The notes under the pieces were generated by a model. It had not been told where the DNA came from, did no database searches, and worked only from the letters and a program-made list of their open reading frames with translations. From assembly GCA_016715425.1 (NCBI GenBank), contig JADKAC010000002.1, forward strand, positions 377,351 to 441,350: a DNA stretch of 64,000 nt, in the 5' to 3' direction. Positions 8,826 to 18,463 of this stretch are shown piece after piece. The position numbers and the translations under genes are program-made. Every line of letters begins with the position of its first letter. The first letter of the stretch is position 1. Origin of the DNA: Bacteroidota bacterium (GTDB taxonomy: Bacteria; Bacteroidota; Bacteroidia; Chitinophagales; BACL12).

Positions 8826-9703
8826 GCCGACTTCACCAATATAGTATGGCTGCTGTTTGTTTTCTGGGAGTTAATAAATTGATAGGGCAAGTTATCTATC
8901 AGGATATAGAACCTGATATTGTAGTAGATAAATTTAGTGATATTCAATATCTTGATATTAATGCAGATGGTGTGGATGATTTTGAAGTAACTTGGGGACA
9001 ATTGGATTATTATTTGGGAACAGGAACAATTTATATTTATCAAAGAGGCCCTGGAATTATAGCAAATAATTTTCCTTATAATGAAGTTGCCGGAAATGTA
9101 TTTACAAACTCAGTTGCAGTTCATGGCTATGCATTCAAATTATATGAAGAAAGTTTAATTGATGAAGGTGTAGCAATGGCAGAAGGTGATGCAATGTTTC
9201 TATGTGGCAGAGAGTATTGGATTAATTATACACCTTCATGGTTTAAAAGCGAAATAGGTTATTGGGCTGGCGAGGTGCACGATAAATACCTTGGCTTTCG
9301 GTTTACAGATGAAGAAGAACAATTACATTACGGCTGGATGCGCTGCGATGCACCCGACAGCGGAAGAGTTTTTATTATTAAAGATTTTGCTTATGAGTTG
9401 CAGAATGGCGTAGGTATTATCGCAGGAGATACAGTGGGTGTTACACAAATATTTTCTCCGCAATTAATTAGCTTTTCTATTTATCCGAATCCAGTAAATG
9501 ATGTATTTATATTGAAACATTATTCTGCTGAAAATTATGTTTTGGAAATTATAGATTTTACCGGGCGCATTGTATTAAAAACAATTATTTCAGAACCTGA
9601 AAGTGAAATTAAAGTTGAAAATTTTTCATCAGGTTCTTACGCTGTTATATTGAGAAATAAAGAAAATGAAATTATCGGCACAAGAAAACTCTTTAAATTA
9701 TAA
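8822..9703 (+). CDS. T9SS C-terminal-domain (type A sorting) secreted protein, function unknown
   Basis: C-terminus FSIYPNPVNDVFIL...VENFSSGSYAVILRN...RKLFKL is a typical T9SS CTD. Confidence 0.8.
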   Translation: MSRLHQYSMAAVCFLGVNKLIGQVIYQDIEPDIVVDKFSDIQYLDINADGVDDFEVTWGQLDYYLGTGTIYIYQRGPGIIANNFPYNEVAGNVFTNSVAVHGYAFKLYEESLIDEGVAMAEGDAMFLCGREYWINYTPSWFKSEIGYWAGEVHDKYLGFRFTDEEEQLHYGWMRCDAPDSGRVFIIKDFAYELQNGVGIIAGDTVGVTQIFSPQLISFSIYPNPVNDVFILKHYSAENYVLEIIDFTGRIVLKTIISEPESEIKVENFSSGSYAVILRNKENEIIGTRKLFKL

Positions 9704-9809
9704 TATCATTTTTGATCTGCAATTTATTAATGATATCTCAAATATTTTTCAGACAGATTTCTGAATAATATTTTTTAAGAAAATGAAATTTAATATATAG
9801 AGTAATCAA

Positions 9810-10334
9810 TTATTCCACCGTTCTTCCACCCACAGTTTTTGAAGTAGTTTCACTTTCATCAATTTGTTGCAGATTAATTAAAAGCGTTGCAACTGATGCA
9901 CCTTCAGAAGTATAAAAATCACTTCCTGCATATTGCACAATTCCATTGCGTCCATCCCAATCTTTTGCCATCAAAGTATATTGACCGCCATAACCGGGGT
10001 TAGGTGCAAATCGTAAAAAACTACCATCGGCATCAAAACTTATCATTATCTGATTGCCCTCTCTTCCAACTGCAACACCCGGTGTACCACTTTCAATAAT
10101 TACTTCTTCTGCTCTGCGTCCATCAATAATTTTTATTTCACCGCCTACCACATCCACAGTCGCATTATCCAGATAGTGATATAAAATAATATCGTTGGAA
10201 ACATAAAACTGAATTTTTTTTATTTGCTCATTTAGCTGCGCATCTTTGGCAAGGCTTTGTGTATAAGGAATTAAATCGGATGTGCAGGAAGCAAGAATAA
10301 GGGTGATAATTGAAAGTAAAAAAGATGTTTTCAT
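9810..10334 (-). CDS. hypothetical lipoprotein
   Basis: MKTSFLLSIITLILASC lipoprotein signal. No recognised domain. Confidence 0.65.
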   Translation of the reverse strand: MKTSFLLSIITLILASCTSDLIPYTQSLAKDAQLNEQIKKIQFYVSNDIILYHYLDNATVDVVGGEIKIIDGRRAEEVIIESGTPGVAVGREGNQIMISFDADGSFLRFAPNPGYGGQYTLMAKDWDGRNGIVQYAGSDFYTSEGASVATLLINLQQIDESETTSKTVGGRTVE

Positions 10335-10446
10335 ATAAAATTGTTTTCTGCGCAAAGGACAAGAATAATGCCATCCAACTTATCAACCCAAACCATTTTT
10401 AAATTGCGCTGTTTGATAAGCCGTTAATTACTTTCAACTTTACGCA

Positions 10447-11694
10447 ATGAATAAAAACGAGCGGCTCATCGTATTCCTGTTAGCGGCAATCAACTTCACA
10501 CATATATTAGACTTTATGATTATGATGCCGCTCGGTCCGCAACTGATGCGCATCTTTGATTTATCTCCTGCACAATTCGCTGTGCTCGTTTCAGCTTATA
10601 CCTTCAGTGCATTCTTCTCAGGATTAATTGCGGCATTTTTTGTTGATCGCTTTGATAGAAAAAAAGTGTTGTTGTTTGGATATAGCGGATTTATAATCGG
10701 CACCTTGGGATGTGCAATTGCACCTGATTATTTTTCATTAATGGCTGCTCGTGTTATGGCCGGTTTATTCGGTGGATTAATAGGCGCACAAGTGTTGAGT
10801 ATTATCGGCGATACATTTCCATTTCAGCGTCGGGGTGCCGCAATGGGATCATTAACTGCGGCATTTTCTTTAGCATCTGTTTTGGGTGTTCCCTTCGGTT
10901 TATTTCTTGCAAACATTACAAGCTGGCATGCGCCATTTTATTTAGTTGGAGCATTAGCATTTATTGTTTTAATTTTTGTTTGGAAATTCATTCCGCCAAT
11001 GGCGTCGCACTTGGAAAATTATACGCAGAAAAAATTCTTTCATGTATATACAAATATTATTGCAGACAAAAATCAACAACGTGCTATATTGCTGAGTATC
11101 ATAATGATGTTTGGGCATTTCAGTATCATTCCTTTCCTTGCAAAATATATGGTGAGTAATGTGGGATTCTCTGAACAGGAAATTACTTATATCTATCTAA
11201 TCGGTGGCGGATTAACCATTTTTACTGCACCACTTATCGGCAGACTATCTGATCGCAAAGGCAAGTTTCCAATATTCGCATTGTTTTGTTTACTAACTCT
11301 AATTCCTGTTTTTGTAATTACCAATATGCCACCATTACCATTGGCACTTGCATTAGTTGCCACTTCTATTTTCTTTGTATTTGTAAGTGGTAGAATGGTG
11401 CCAATGCAGGCAATGATTACCAGTGTAGTTCCCAACAAACAACGTGGTGGATTTATGAGTATTAATTCTTCTATTGTGCAATTAGGTTCCGGATTGGCAT
11501 CACTCATGGCAGGATTAATAATTGTTGAAAATGGCGATGGCAGTTTGCGCTATTATAATATTGTAGGATACATTGCAATTGCTTTTACTTTCGTTGCAAT
11601 TATTATTGCTAAAAAATTAAAACCAGTGAATGAACATTTAAAACCGGAAGAAATTTTACCGCCAAGTTTACAGGAAATTACAGAGCCGATTTGA
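10447..11694 (+). CDS. MFS transporter
   Basis: About 12 TM segments. The DRFDRKKV loop between TM2 and TM3 is typical of the MFS motif A. Confidence 0.9.
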   Translation: MNKNERLIVFLLAAINFTHILDFMIMMPLGPQLMRIFDLSPAQFAVLVSAYTFSAFFSGLIAAFFVDRFDRKKVLLFGYSGFIIGTLGCAIAPDYFSLMAARVMAGLFGGLIGAQVLSIIGDTFPFQRRGAAMGSLTAAFSLASVLGVPFGLFLANITSWHAPFYLVGALAFIVLIFVWKFIPPMASHLENYTQKKFFHVYTNIIADKNQQRAILLSIIMMFGHFSIIPFLAKYMVSNVGFSEQEITYIYLIGGGLTIFTAPLIGRLSDRKGKFPIFALFCLLTLIPVFVITNMPPLPLALALVATSIFFVFVSGRMVPMQAMITSVVPNKQRGGFMSINSSIVQLGSGLASLMAGLIIVENGDGSLRYYNIVGYIAIAFTFVAIIIAKKLKPVNEHLKPEEILPPSLQEITEPI

Positions 11695-11724
11695 TAACCG
11701 GATTACAATTCACATTTTTTATTA

Positions 11725-12246
11725 CACGTAGAACTACGGAGTTTTTACACTGAGAAGCACGAAGTTTTTTTACACTGAGAAGCACGGAGGTTTACTCGGA
11801 GAACCACGGAGATTAAATTTTTTCTCAGTTATACTCAATGATTTCTTTGTGTTATTCCTATGTTTAATTTTTTACTTTTTACACAGAGGAGCACGGAGGT
11901 TATCTGGGGGTGTTTGAGACCACGGAGGTTATTTTTTCTTTGTGTAACTCAGTGTTATCTCTGTGTTGCTCTGTGTAATTCTTTTTTATTTACACGGAGG
12001 ATCACGAAGTTTTTCACGGAGGACCATGGAGTATATATTTTTTCTCTGTTTAACTCAGTGATATCTCTGTGTAGGGGCGCATGGAGTATATATTTTTTCT
12101 CTGTTTAACTCAGTGATATCTCTGTGTTGCTCTGTGTAATTTTTTTTATTTACACGGAGGATCACGAAGTTTTTCACGAAGGACCATGGAGTATATATTT
12201 TTTCTCTGTGTAACTCAGTAATATCTCTGTGTTGCTCTGTGTAATT
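11725..12246 (+). repeat. block of composite hairpin-forming repeat units (head TTACACnGAGnAnCACGGAG, tail CTCAGTGATATCTCTGTGTTGCTCTGTGTAAT)
   Basis: About 10 head half-sites and 5 tail modules. Near-identical long copies start at 11991 and 12151 (160-bp offset), with an internal duplication at 12028/12074. Tails are reverse complements of heads if G.T pairs are allowed. Confidence 0.9.
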
Positions 12247-12249
12247 TTT

Positions 12250-13383
12250 TCAACCCTCCCCAAACTCCACCAACTTTTCTTTTAAAAACTCTTTTGAATT
12301 ATCAATTACAATTTCTGCCCACACAGGATAATGATCCGACATCTGATTTTTGCGCCATGTGTTTTTAAAATATTTTTTTTGATTCTCTGCTACTGTTAAA
12401 TCTGTACTTCCTCCGTACACCTTTTGCATTTCAAGAACATATTTAGAAAAACTCTCTTCTCTATAAATATGATTAAAGAAATTAAAAACTCCACCGCTAT
12501 CCTGTTGTTCAGTATTTTTTACAAAATGAAAATATTTATTTATATAAAAAAACAAACGATCATACATTTGTGTGCCCGTTGCATTCGTATCCTTTCCTAT
12601 CAACGATTCTAATTCAATAAAACCATTGCTGCTAAATAATTCCACTGTTGGTTTATCATTCAGATTATTTCCAATCGGATGATATAAATTCATATCGCCG
12701 GTTATAATAATATTATCCGACCACAAATGTTTGCTCTTTATTTTATGCGCAATTGCCTGTAACAATAAAGACACTTCTTCCAATCGCCATATTTTATCGT
12801 CTTCACCATCACCCGGATGCAAATGCAAATTCACGATTTCAAATTGTTTCCATCCACTTATAAATCCTGTGATATAAGGAGTGCGTTTCAGTTGTTTAAT
12901 TGCACTGTTTTTTGTAAGGTCATCCCACAATATTATTTCGCCTGCCAATCCTGATAGCTGCACTCTTTTTTTATTATAGATATATCCCGATCTTTCACTA
13001 TTGCCATCTCTGCCTTCTGTAATATCATTAATCATATACGCCCAATCTTTGCCGAGTAGTCGCATAATTATTTCCAGATCTTTCAACGTAGATTTTATTT
13101 CCTGAATAGCGACTATATCAAAGCGATTAATTATTTCAGCAATATAAAAATAGGACTCGGGCAGTCGCTGAGTAGTATGTCCAAACTCCTTTAAATTCCA
13201 GGTGCCAATAATTAAATTAGATTCAGTTCTTCGAGTTGGAAACTCTTTATCTAATGCTTCAATTAATATTAAAAGATTTTCGATACAGCGCATTTTTTCT
13301 ATATAAGTCATTTCAGGAAAAACCAATGCAAAATTTTTCTTTTTATCATCACTGATAGGACGCAGATCATTATACCAAGGCAT
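12250..13383 (-). CDS. endonuclease/exonuclease/phosphatase (DNase I-like) family protein, cytoplasmic
   Basis: GTWNLKEFG, DIVAIQEI, ITGDMNL and C-terminal SDHYPVWAEI are EEP catalytic blocks. No signal peptide. Confidence 0.85.
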   Translation of the reverse strand: MPWYNDLRPISDDKKKNFALVFPEMTYIEKMRCIENLLILIEALDKEFPTRRTESNLIIGTWNLKEFGHTTQRLPESYFYIAEIINRFDIVAIQEIKSTLKDLEIIMRLLGKDWAYMINDITEGRDGNSERSGYIYNKKRVQLSGLAGEIILWDDLTKNSAIKQLKRTPYITGFISGWKQFEIVNLHLHPGDGEDDKIWRLEEVSLLLQAIAHKIKSKHLWSDNIIITGDMNLYHPIGNNLNDKPTVELFSSNGFIELESLIGKDTNATGTQMYDRLFFYINKYFHFVKNTEQQDSGGVFNFFNHIYREESFSKYVLEMQKVYGGSTDLTVAENQKKYFKNTWRKNQMSDHYPVWAEIVIDNSKEFLKEKLVEFGEG

Positions 13384-13501
13384 AACAAATAATTTTTGTG
13401 TTAACTGAATTGCAACACAAGGTAAAAGATATTTTTGATAATGAATTTAAACTATCATGATAGACACAATGCAAAGCTCAATAACAACAATGCTTTTTCC
13501 C

Positions 13502-13509
13502 TAACTTTG
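13502..13509 (+). promoter_or_regulatory. candidate -7 box (TAACTTTG) for the LUD-domain gene
   Basis: Exact TAnnTTTG, 5 nt upstream of the ATG at 13515. Confidence 0.4.
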
Positions 13510-13514
13510 TGCTG

Positions 13515-14177
13515 ATGGCACGCAACATATCCAGTAAAGAAGCAATGCTCACCAATATCAGGAAGGCATTGTTATCCCCTACCAAGGCTCCCTTCTCGTT
13601 GAATGAACCTATGGATCCGGCATATCCGGTAAGTGAAGAACCATTGGAAATTCAATTTGCTCAGGAGTTAATAAAAGTGAATGGTGAATTTATTTTTTGC
13701 GAAACAGAAAAAGAATGTGTGGATTCATTGAAAGAATTAATTGCGCAAAAAGGATGGAAAAAAATAAGTTGTGTAGATAAATCTTTACTTACACTTTTTG
13801 ATCGCAATGTATTTACCGATTACGAAACTGATAAAAATATTATACAAACAGAAGTGAGTTTAACACCTTGCGAAGCGTTAGTTGCCCGCACCGGAAGTGT
13901 ATTGTTTTCCAGCCGATTGGCATTAGGCCGCACATTACCTGTATTTCCTCCTTACAATATTGTTATTGCCAGCACCAATCAATTAGTACTTGATATTTCA
14001 GATGCATTTGCATTAGTGCGAAAAAAATATGATGGCAGTATGCCGAGTATGGTAAATCTTGCAACAGGACCAAGCCGCACTGCAGATATTGAAAAAACTT
14101 TGGTGTTGGGTGCACACGGTCCAAGGGCAGTATATGTTTTCCTGATTGATAATTGGGTAACAGAAACAGGAGAATGA
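13515..14177 (+). CDS. LUD-domain protein (LutC/YkgG lactate-utilisation family)
   Basis: ATGPSRTADIEKTLVLGAHGP signature of the LUD domain. The ORF track begins at GTG 13509; the ATG at 13515 is preferred. Confidence 0.8.
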   Translation: MARNISSKEAMLTNIRKALLSPTKAPFSLNEPMDPAYPVSEEPLEIQFAQELIKVNGEFIFCETEKECVDSLKELIAQKGWKKISCVDKSLLTLFDRNVFTDYETDKNIIQTEVSLTPCEALVARTGSVLFSSRLALGRTLPVFPPYNIVIASTNQLVLDISDAFALVRKKYDGSMPSMVNLATGPSRTADIEKTLVLGAHGPRAVYVFLIDNWVTETGE

Positions 14178-14911
14178 AAAAAATTTATTTCGCATCCGAC
14201 TTTCATCTCGGCATTCCCGATCATGCACAAAGTTTAGAAAGAGAAAAAAAAATTGTGCGTTGGCTTCACAGCATAAAACATGATGCTGCAAAAATTTATT
14301 TACTCGGCGATATTTTTGATTTTTGGTTTGAATACAAACATGTTTCTCCAAAAGGTCATGTCAGATTATTGGGAACACTTGCCGAATTGCAGGATAGTGG
14401 AATAGAAATAGAAGTATTTATCGGCAATCACGATATGTGGATGTTCGGATATTTTCAACAAGAACTTGGCATTCCAGTACATCATGATTCCATACAATTT
14501 GAATGGGGAGGAAAGAAATTTTTTGTTGGACATGGTGATGGAATCGGACCCGGAGATCATGGTTATAAGTTTATTAAAAAAGTATTTCGCAATAAATTTA
14601 ATCAACAATTATTTGGATTGCTGCATCCTACAATTGCTTTTTCAATGGCTCGTTATTGGTCGGGAAGAAGTAGAAATAAGAATGAAGAAGCTGCATACTT
14701 AGGTGAGGATAAAGAGTGGCAGATTATTTATGCCAAAGAAATTTTAGAAAAAGAACATTTTGATTATTTCATTTTTGGTCACCGACATATTGTTTTAGAA
14801 GTGCCACTAAAAAATAACAGTACTTTTTATAACTTAGGAGATTGGATAACACATTTCACTTACCTTGTGTTTGATGGTGAAAAAGCAAGTTTATTATATT
14901 TTGAAAAGTAA
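14174..14911 (+). CDS. lpxH: UDP-2,3-diacylglucosamine diphosphatase
   Basis: MKKIYFASDFHLG, LLGDIFDFWFEY, GNHD and GHGD metallophosphoesterase motifs in LpxH order. ATGA overlap with the upstream gene. Confidence 0.88.
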   Translation: MKKIYFASDFHLGIPDHAQSLEREKKIVRWLHSIKHDAAKIYLLGDIFDFWFEYKHVSPKGHVRLLGTLAELQDSGIEIEVFIGNHDMWMFGYFQQELGIPVHHDSIQFEWGGKKFFVGHGDGIGPGDHGYKFIKKVFRNKFNQQLFGLLHPTIAFSMARYWSGRSRNKNEEAAYLGEDKEWQIIYAKEILEKEHFDYFIFGHRHIVLEVPLKNNSTFYNLGDWITHFTYLVFDGEKASLLYFEK

Positions 14912-15701
14912 TTGTTTCATACTGTTTTTATGTATTTCCTTCAGTGTTTCTGCAACGGATAGCTTATTGTATTCTGTCGATTTAACAAGTAGTTATTTTA
15001 CAACAGACCATCTGCAAAATTTATATTATATCAATGGGAAAAATGAAGTGATAAAATATGAATTCAATTCCGGAATTGAATATACATTCAGCGACAAACG
15101 ATTAGGCAAACCCACATATATTGATGCAAGTAATCCGATGCGAGTACTTGTATTTTTCCCTGATTTTTATACAGTAGTAATTATGGATAATACTTGTTCG
15201 GCGATGAATATTATTAACCTCACTTCTACTTCCGATAAAAATTCTTATCTCCCTTATGTGGTCTGCTCACAAGCGGATGATAATTACTTTTGGATTTACG
15301 ATCAATTGAGTCGCAAGCTTGTGAAATTAGATGAACGTGGAAATAAGGTGTTAGAAAGTGAAGCATTTGATGCATTGTTTAGTGATGTTGTTCTTCCATC
15401 GCAAATTATTTATTACAATCAAAGTGTGTATCTGCTTGATAAAAATTATCGTGTGTTGCTATTTGATTTATACGGTTCTTTTTACAATGAAATACGAACT
15501 CAGACTATTGGATATATTCAAGTAGTAAATAACAACTTTGTGTTTTTACAAGACAACGAAATGCAGATGATTGACAATACGTTATTGTCCAGAAAAAATT
15601 ATCCGCTTCCTTTACCAGATGTATTGCAAGTTCGCATACATCCCAACAGATTATTTCTGCGTACTGCTTCGCAGATTGGAGTGTATTCTGTTGAATATTA
15701 G
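14874..15701 (+). CDS. hypothetical secreted protein
   Basis: Start at the ATG giving signal peptide ...FILFLCISFSVSA. No recognised domain. Confidence 0.6.
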   Translation: MVKKQVYYILKSNCFILFLCISFSVSATDSLLYSVDLTSSYFTTDHLQNLYYINGKNEVIKYEFNSGIEYTFSDKRLGKPTYIDASNPMRVLVFFPDFYTVVIMDNTCSAMNIINLTSTSDKNSYLPYVVCSQADDNYFWIYDQLSRKLVKLDERGNKVLESEAFDALFSDVVLPSQIIYYNQSVYLLDKNYRVLLFDLYGSFYNEIRTQTIGYIQVVNNNFVFLQDNEMQMIDNTLLSRKNYPLPLPDVLQVRIHPNRLFLRTASQIGVYSVEY

Positions 15702-15738
15702 CTTATTTATTTTATAGTAAAACAAACAACTTCACGCT

Positions 15739-16815
15739 ATGCAATTGATTGCGAAACTTCAGGCGATTAAAGAAAAATGGATGCTTATTCAAGAACAACT
15801 CAGCGACCCCGAGTTGATAAAAGATATGAAGCGTTTCAAACAATTAAATAAAGAATATAAAGACATGAGTCCAGTGGTGCAGGCATTTGATAAATATCAA
15901 TTGGTGGTGAGCAATGCAGAAAATTGTAAGCTATTAATCAATACAGAAAAAGATGCAGAACTATGGGCAATGGCAAAAGAAGAACTGGTATTATTAGAAG
16001 ATGAAAAAGAACAATTGGAAGAAAAAATAAAACTGTTGTTAGTACCGAAAGATGCGGAAGATGAGAAAAATGCTATTCTCGAAATTCGTGCAGGAACAGG
16101 AGGTGATGAAGCAGGCATTTTTGCCGGAGATTTGTATAAAATGTATAGCCGTTATTTTGAAAAGAAGGGATGGAAAACAGAAGTGATAAACATGAATGAA
16201 AGTGAGAAAGGCGGCTATAAAGAAATTGTAATGGAAGTGGAAGGACAAGATGTGTACGGCAAACTGAAATATGAATCAGGTGTGCATCGTGTGCAGCGTG
16301 TTCCCGAAACAGAAAGTCAGGGAAGAGTGCATACTTCCGCAGCAACAGTTGCGGTATTGCCGGAAGCTGAAGAAGTGGATGTAGATATTAATATGAACGA
16401 TGTAAAGATTGATACCTTTCGTGCATCGGGTGCAGGTGGACAGCACGTAAACAAAACAGAGAGTGCAATTCGCATGACACATATTCCTACAGGTATTGTA
16501 GTGGAATGTCAGGATGAAAGATCGCAGATGAAAAACAAAGCCAAAGCATTAAAAGTGCTGCGTACACGCATTTATGAAAAAGCATATAATGAGCACATGG
16601 CAATAATTTCCAAACACAGAAAAACATTGGTGAGCACAGGTGATCGTTCAGCAAAAATTCGCACTTATAATTTTCCGCAAGGAAGAGTAACTGATCATCG
16701 CATCAATTTCACGATGTATAATTTACCCGAAGTAATGAATGGCAATATTGACGAATTAATGGATGCATTGCAAATAGCAGAAAATGCAGAGAAAATGAAA
16801 GCAGGTGGATTGTGA
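15739..16815 (+). CDS. prfA: peptide chain release factor 1
   Basis: GGQ motif ([14 protein letters not shown]) and RF1-type tripeptide region [16 protein letters not shown]. Confidence 0.95.
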   Translation: MQLIAKLQAIKEKWMLIQEQLSDPELIKDMKRFKQLNKEYKDMSPVVQAFDKYQLVVSNAENCKLLINTEKDAELWAMAKEELVLLEDEKEQLEEKIKLLLVPKDAEDEKNAILEIRAGTGGDEAGIFAGDLYKMYSRYFEKKGWKTEVINMNESEKGGYKEIVMEVEGQDVYGKLKYESGVHRVQRVPETESQGRVHTSAATVAVLPEAEEVDVDINMNDVKIDTFRASGAGGQHVNKTESAIRMTHIPTGIVVECQDERSQMKNKAKALKVLRTRIYEKAYNEHMAIISKHRKTLVSTGDRSAKIRTYNFPQGRVTDHRINFTMYNLPEVMNGNIDELMDALQIAENAEKMKAGGL

Positions 16816-17040
16816 GGGGTAGTGGGTATCAGGTAGTGAGTAGTGAGTAGTGAGTGAAAAAAAATTAACAATAAGCAATTAGCATTAGGCAAAATGCAAT
16901 TGTAAATTATAAAGGTAAATGGTAAATGAAATCATGAGTGGTGAGTGAAAAAAAATTAGCAATAGGCAAAATGCAATTATAATTTATAAATGGTAAATGG
17001 TAAATGAAAAAATGAATGATGAGTGATGAGTTTTTTTATT
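16816..17040 (+). repeat. word-stutter repeat block (GTAGTGA heptamers, GGTAAAT words, about 91-bp higher-order unit x2)
   Basis: Starts at the base after the prfA stop. GTGAGTG + A8 + TTAnCAATA..GGCAAAATGCAATT..GGTAAATGGTAAATGAAA occurs twice. Ends in a T-run. Confidence 0.85.
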
Positions 17041-17108
17041 TTCAATTTAAAAAATCAATGGTTAATGTTAAATTGTGTAAGTAGATAGTGTATAAAAATA
17101 ATTCAGTT

Positions 17109-17116
17109 TACATTTG
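17109..17116 (+). promoter_or_regulatory. candidate -7 box (TACATTTG) for the beta-barrel gene
   Basis: Exact TAnnTTTG, 18 nt upstream of the ATG at 17135. Confidence 0.4.
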
Positions 17117-17134
17117 GTTAATAAATTTCACAAT

Positions 17135-17797
17135 ATGGAAACTATAAATATTAAAAGCGCAGTTTTAATTACTCTGCTATTTTGCTTCAGCATACCAATG
17201 TACGCACAGTTTGCTATTGGAATTAACGGAGGTTATACAAATGCAAAAGAAGACTATGGGGATGTAATTCTTCCGGAGAATGCAGAAACTACTGTAAACC
17301 GTTTTAATATACATGCAACAACATACTATATCATCGATACATATTTTAGTGTGGGAGTAGAACCAGGCTATACAGGTCGTGGCGCTGCTTGTGTCCCCGG
17401 CTTTTTTATACCGGTGTTTGACACAAAATATCTTTTGAATTATGCCGAATTACCCATTTTATTTAAAGGAAGTTTACCACTATTTAAAAATAAAATAGCC
17501 TTGTTTGGCAAAGTAGGAATTGGTACTTCATTTCTAGTAGCTGCTTATGAAGAACAAGATGATTTGTTTGGAGATTTACCAACGGCAAGAATGAAAATGC
17601 CTTTAGATAATAATGGTGTATTAAATAGATGGGATTATGGAATATATAATGGTGCAGGATTAAGTTATAACTTATCTAAAAGTCAAATCTATTTTGCATT
17701 TGATTACTACTATGGCTTAGCAGATGCTGAAAAATATAATACATCTAAAAACAGGAGTTTTAATTTTAATCTAGGTTATAGCATTTTTTTAAAATAA
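17135..17797 (+). CDS. outer-membrane beta-barrel (porin family) protein
   Basis: Signal peptide ...FCFSIPMYAQ, alternating beta pattern, C-terminal aromatic-rich strand (LGYSIFLK). Confidence 0.7.
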   Translation: METINIKSAVLITLLFCFSIPMYAQFAIGINGGYTNAKEDYGDVILPENAETTVNRFNIHATTYYIIDTYFSVGVEPGYTGRGAACVPGFFIPVFDTKYLLNYAELPILFKGSLPLFKNKIALFGKVGIGTSFLVAAYEEQDDLFGDLPTARMKMPLDNNGVLNRWDYGIYNGAGLSYNLSKSQIYFAFDYYYGLADAEKYNTSKNRSFNFNLGYSIFLK

Positions 17798-17837
17798 AAT
17801 CAGAGGATAATTGGTAAAGCAATTTACCATACAAAAC

Positions 17838-17870
17838 AAAAAAAAGTTGCTTAAAAAAAGCAACCTTTTT
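17838..17870. terminator. bidirectional intrinsic terminator between convergent genes
   Basis: Stem GTTGCTT / AAGCAAC flanked by an A-run upstream and a T-run downstream. Confidence 0.65.
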
Positions 17871-17889
17871 AAATATTGAAAATCGTATT

Positions 17890-18357
17890 TTAGGAAAGCG
17901 CTTTATGCACATCTCTCAATCCTTTAATAATATCATGGGATCTTTTCAGTTTATCTTTTTGATCAGATACTAACTTTCTGGCTGAGTGATCGGTAAGATC
18001 TTCATCTTTTAAAGCTTCGTTATAAGCTTTTTGCGCAGCATCTTCTCCAAACTCACAATTATTTAAAGCGGTCTGGCGATCGTTGCCAGTAAAGGTGGCT
18101 TTAACATCCATCCATGCTCTGTAGATTTTACCCGAATTAGTTGTGCCATCGGCCACATCTCCTCCCAATTTACCTACTTCAGCAACAAGATCTTGTTTTA
18201 ATCCACGGCTTTGATCCACCATTTGATTAAATGTTGCCTTTAAATCAATACTGCCATCACCAAGGTTTTTAATGGCTTTTTCATATCCCTCAATTCTATC
18301 ATTATTGATCAGAATTAAATCGTTTAGGATATCGCTTACTTCTTTGTTTGTTGTCAT
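17890..18357 (-). CDS. PA2169-family four-helix-bundle (ferritin-like, DUF2383) protein
   Basis: LNDLILINNDRIEGYEKA ... CEFGEDAAQKAY ... HDIIKGLRD pattern typical of this family. Confidence 0.75.
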   Translation of the reverse strand: MTTNKEVSDILNDLILINNDRIEGYEKAIKNLGDGSIDLKATFNQMVDQSRGLKQDLVAEVGKLGGDVADGTTNSGKIYRAWMDVKATFTGNDRQTALNNCEFGEDAAQKAYNEALKDEDLTDHSARKLVSDQKDKLKRSHDIIKGLRDVHKALS

Positions 18358-18463
18358 AATTTCAATTTTTAAATGTTTATTAATAATACGTGGTCTTTAA
18401 ATTTACTTTATCCATTTGTCGAATCGTTATTTCAGAATTTATAGATCGTTTTGAAAATTACGA

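Noticed and set aside
11860-12108. 82-aa ORF in the track (MFNFLLFTQRSTEV...LCVALCNS...)
   Set aside because: It lies wholly inside the head/tail repeat block. Its peptide is just the translated repeat words (TQRSTE, LCVALCN) with no start context, so it is an artefact of repeat sequence.
11725-12246. Possible CRISPR array
   Set aside because: There is no constant-length repeat alternating with unique spacers. The units are composite inverted/direct modules that are mutually homologous throughout, and no cas genes are in the window.
15739-16815. Programmed +1 frameshift as in release factor genes
   Set aside because: The gene is RF1-type (PET tripeptide region, single uninterrupted ORF). 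The autoregulatory frameshift is a feature of prfB, not prfA.
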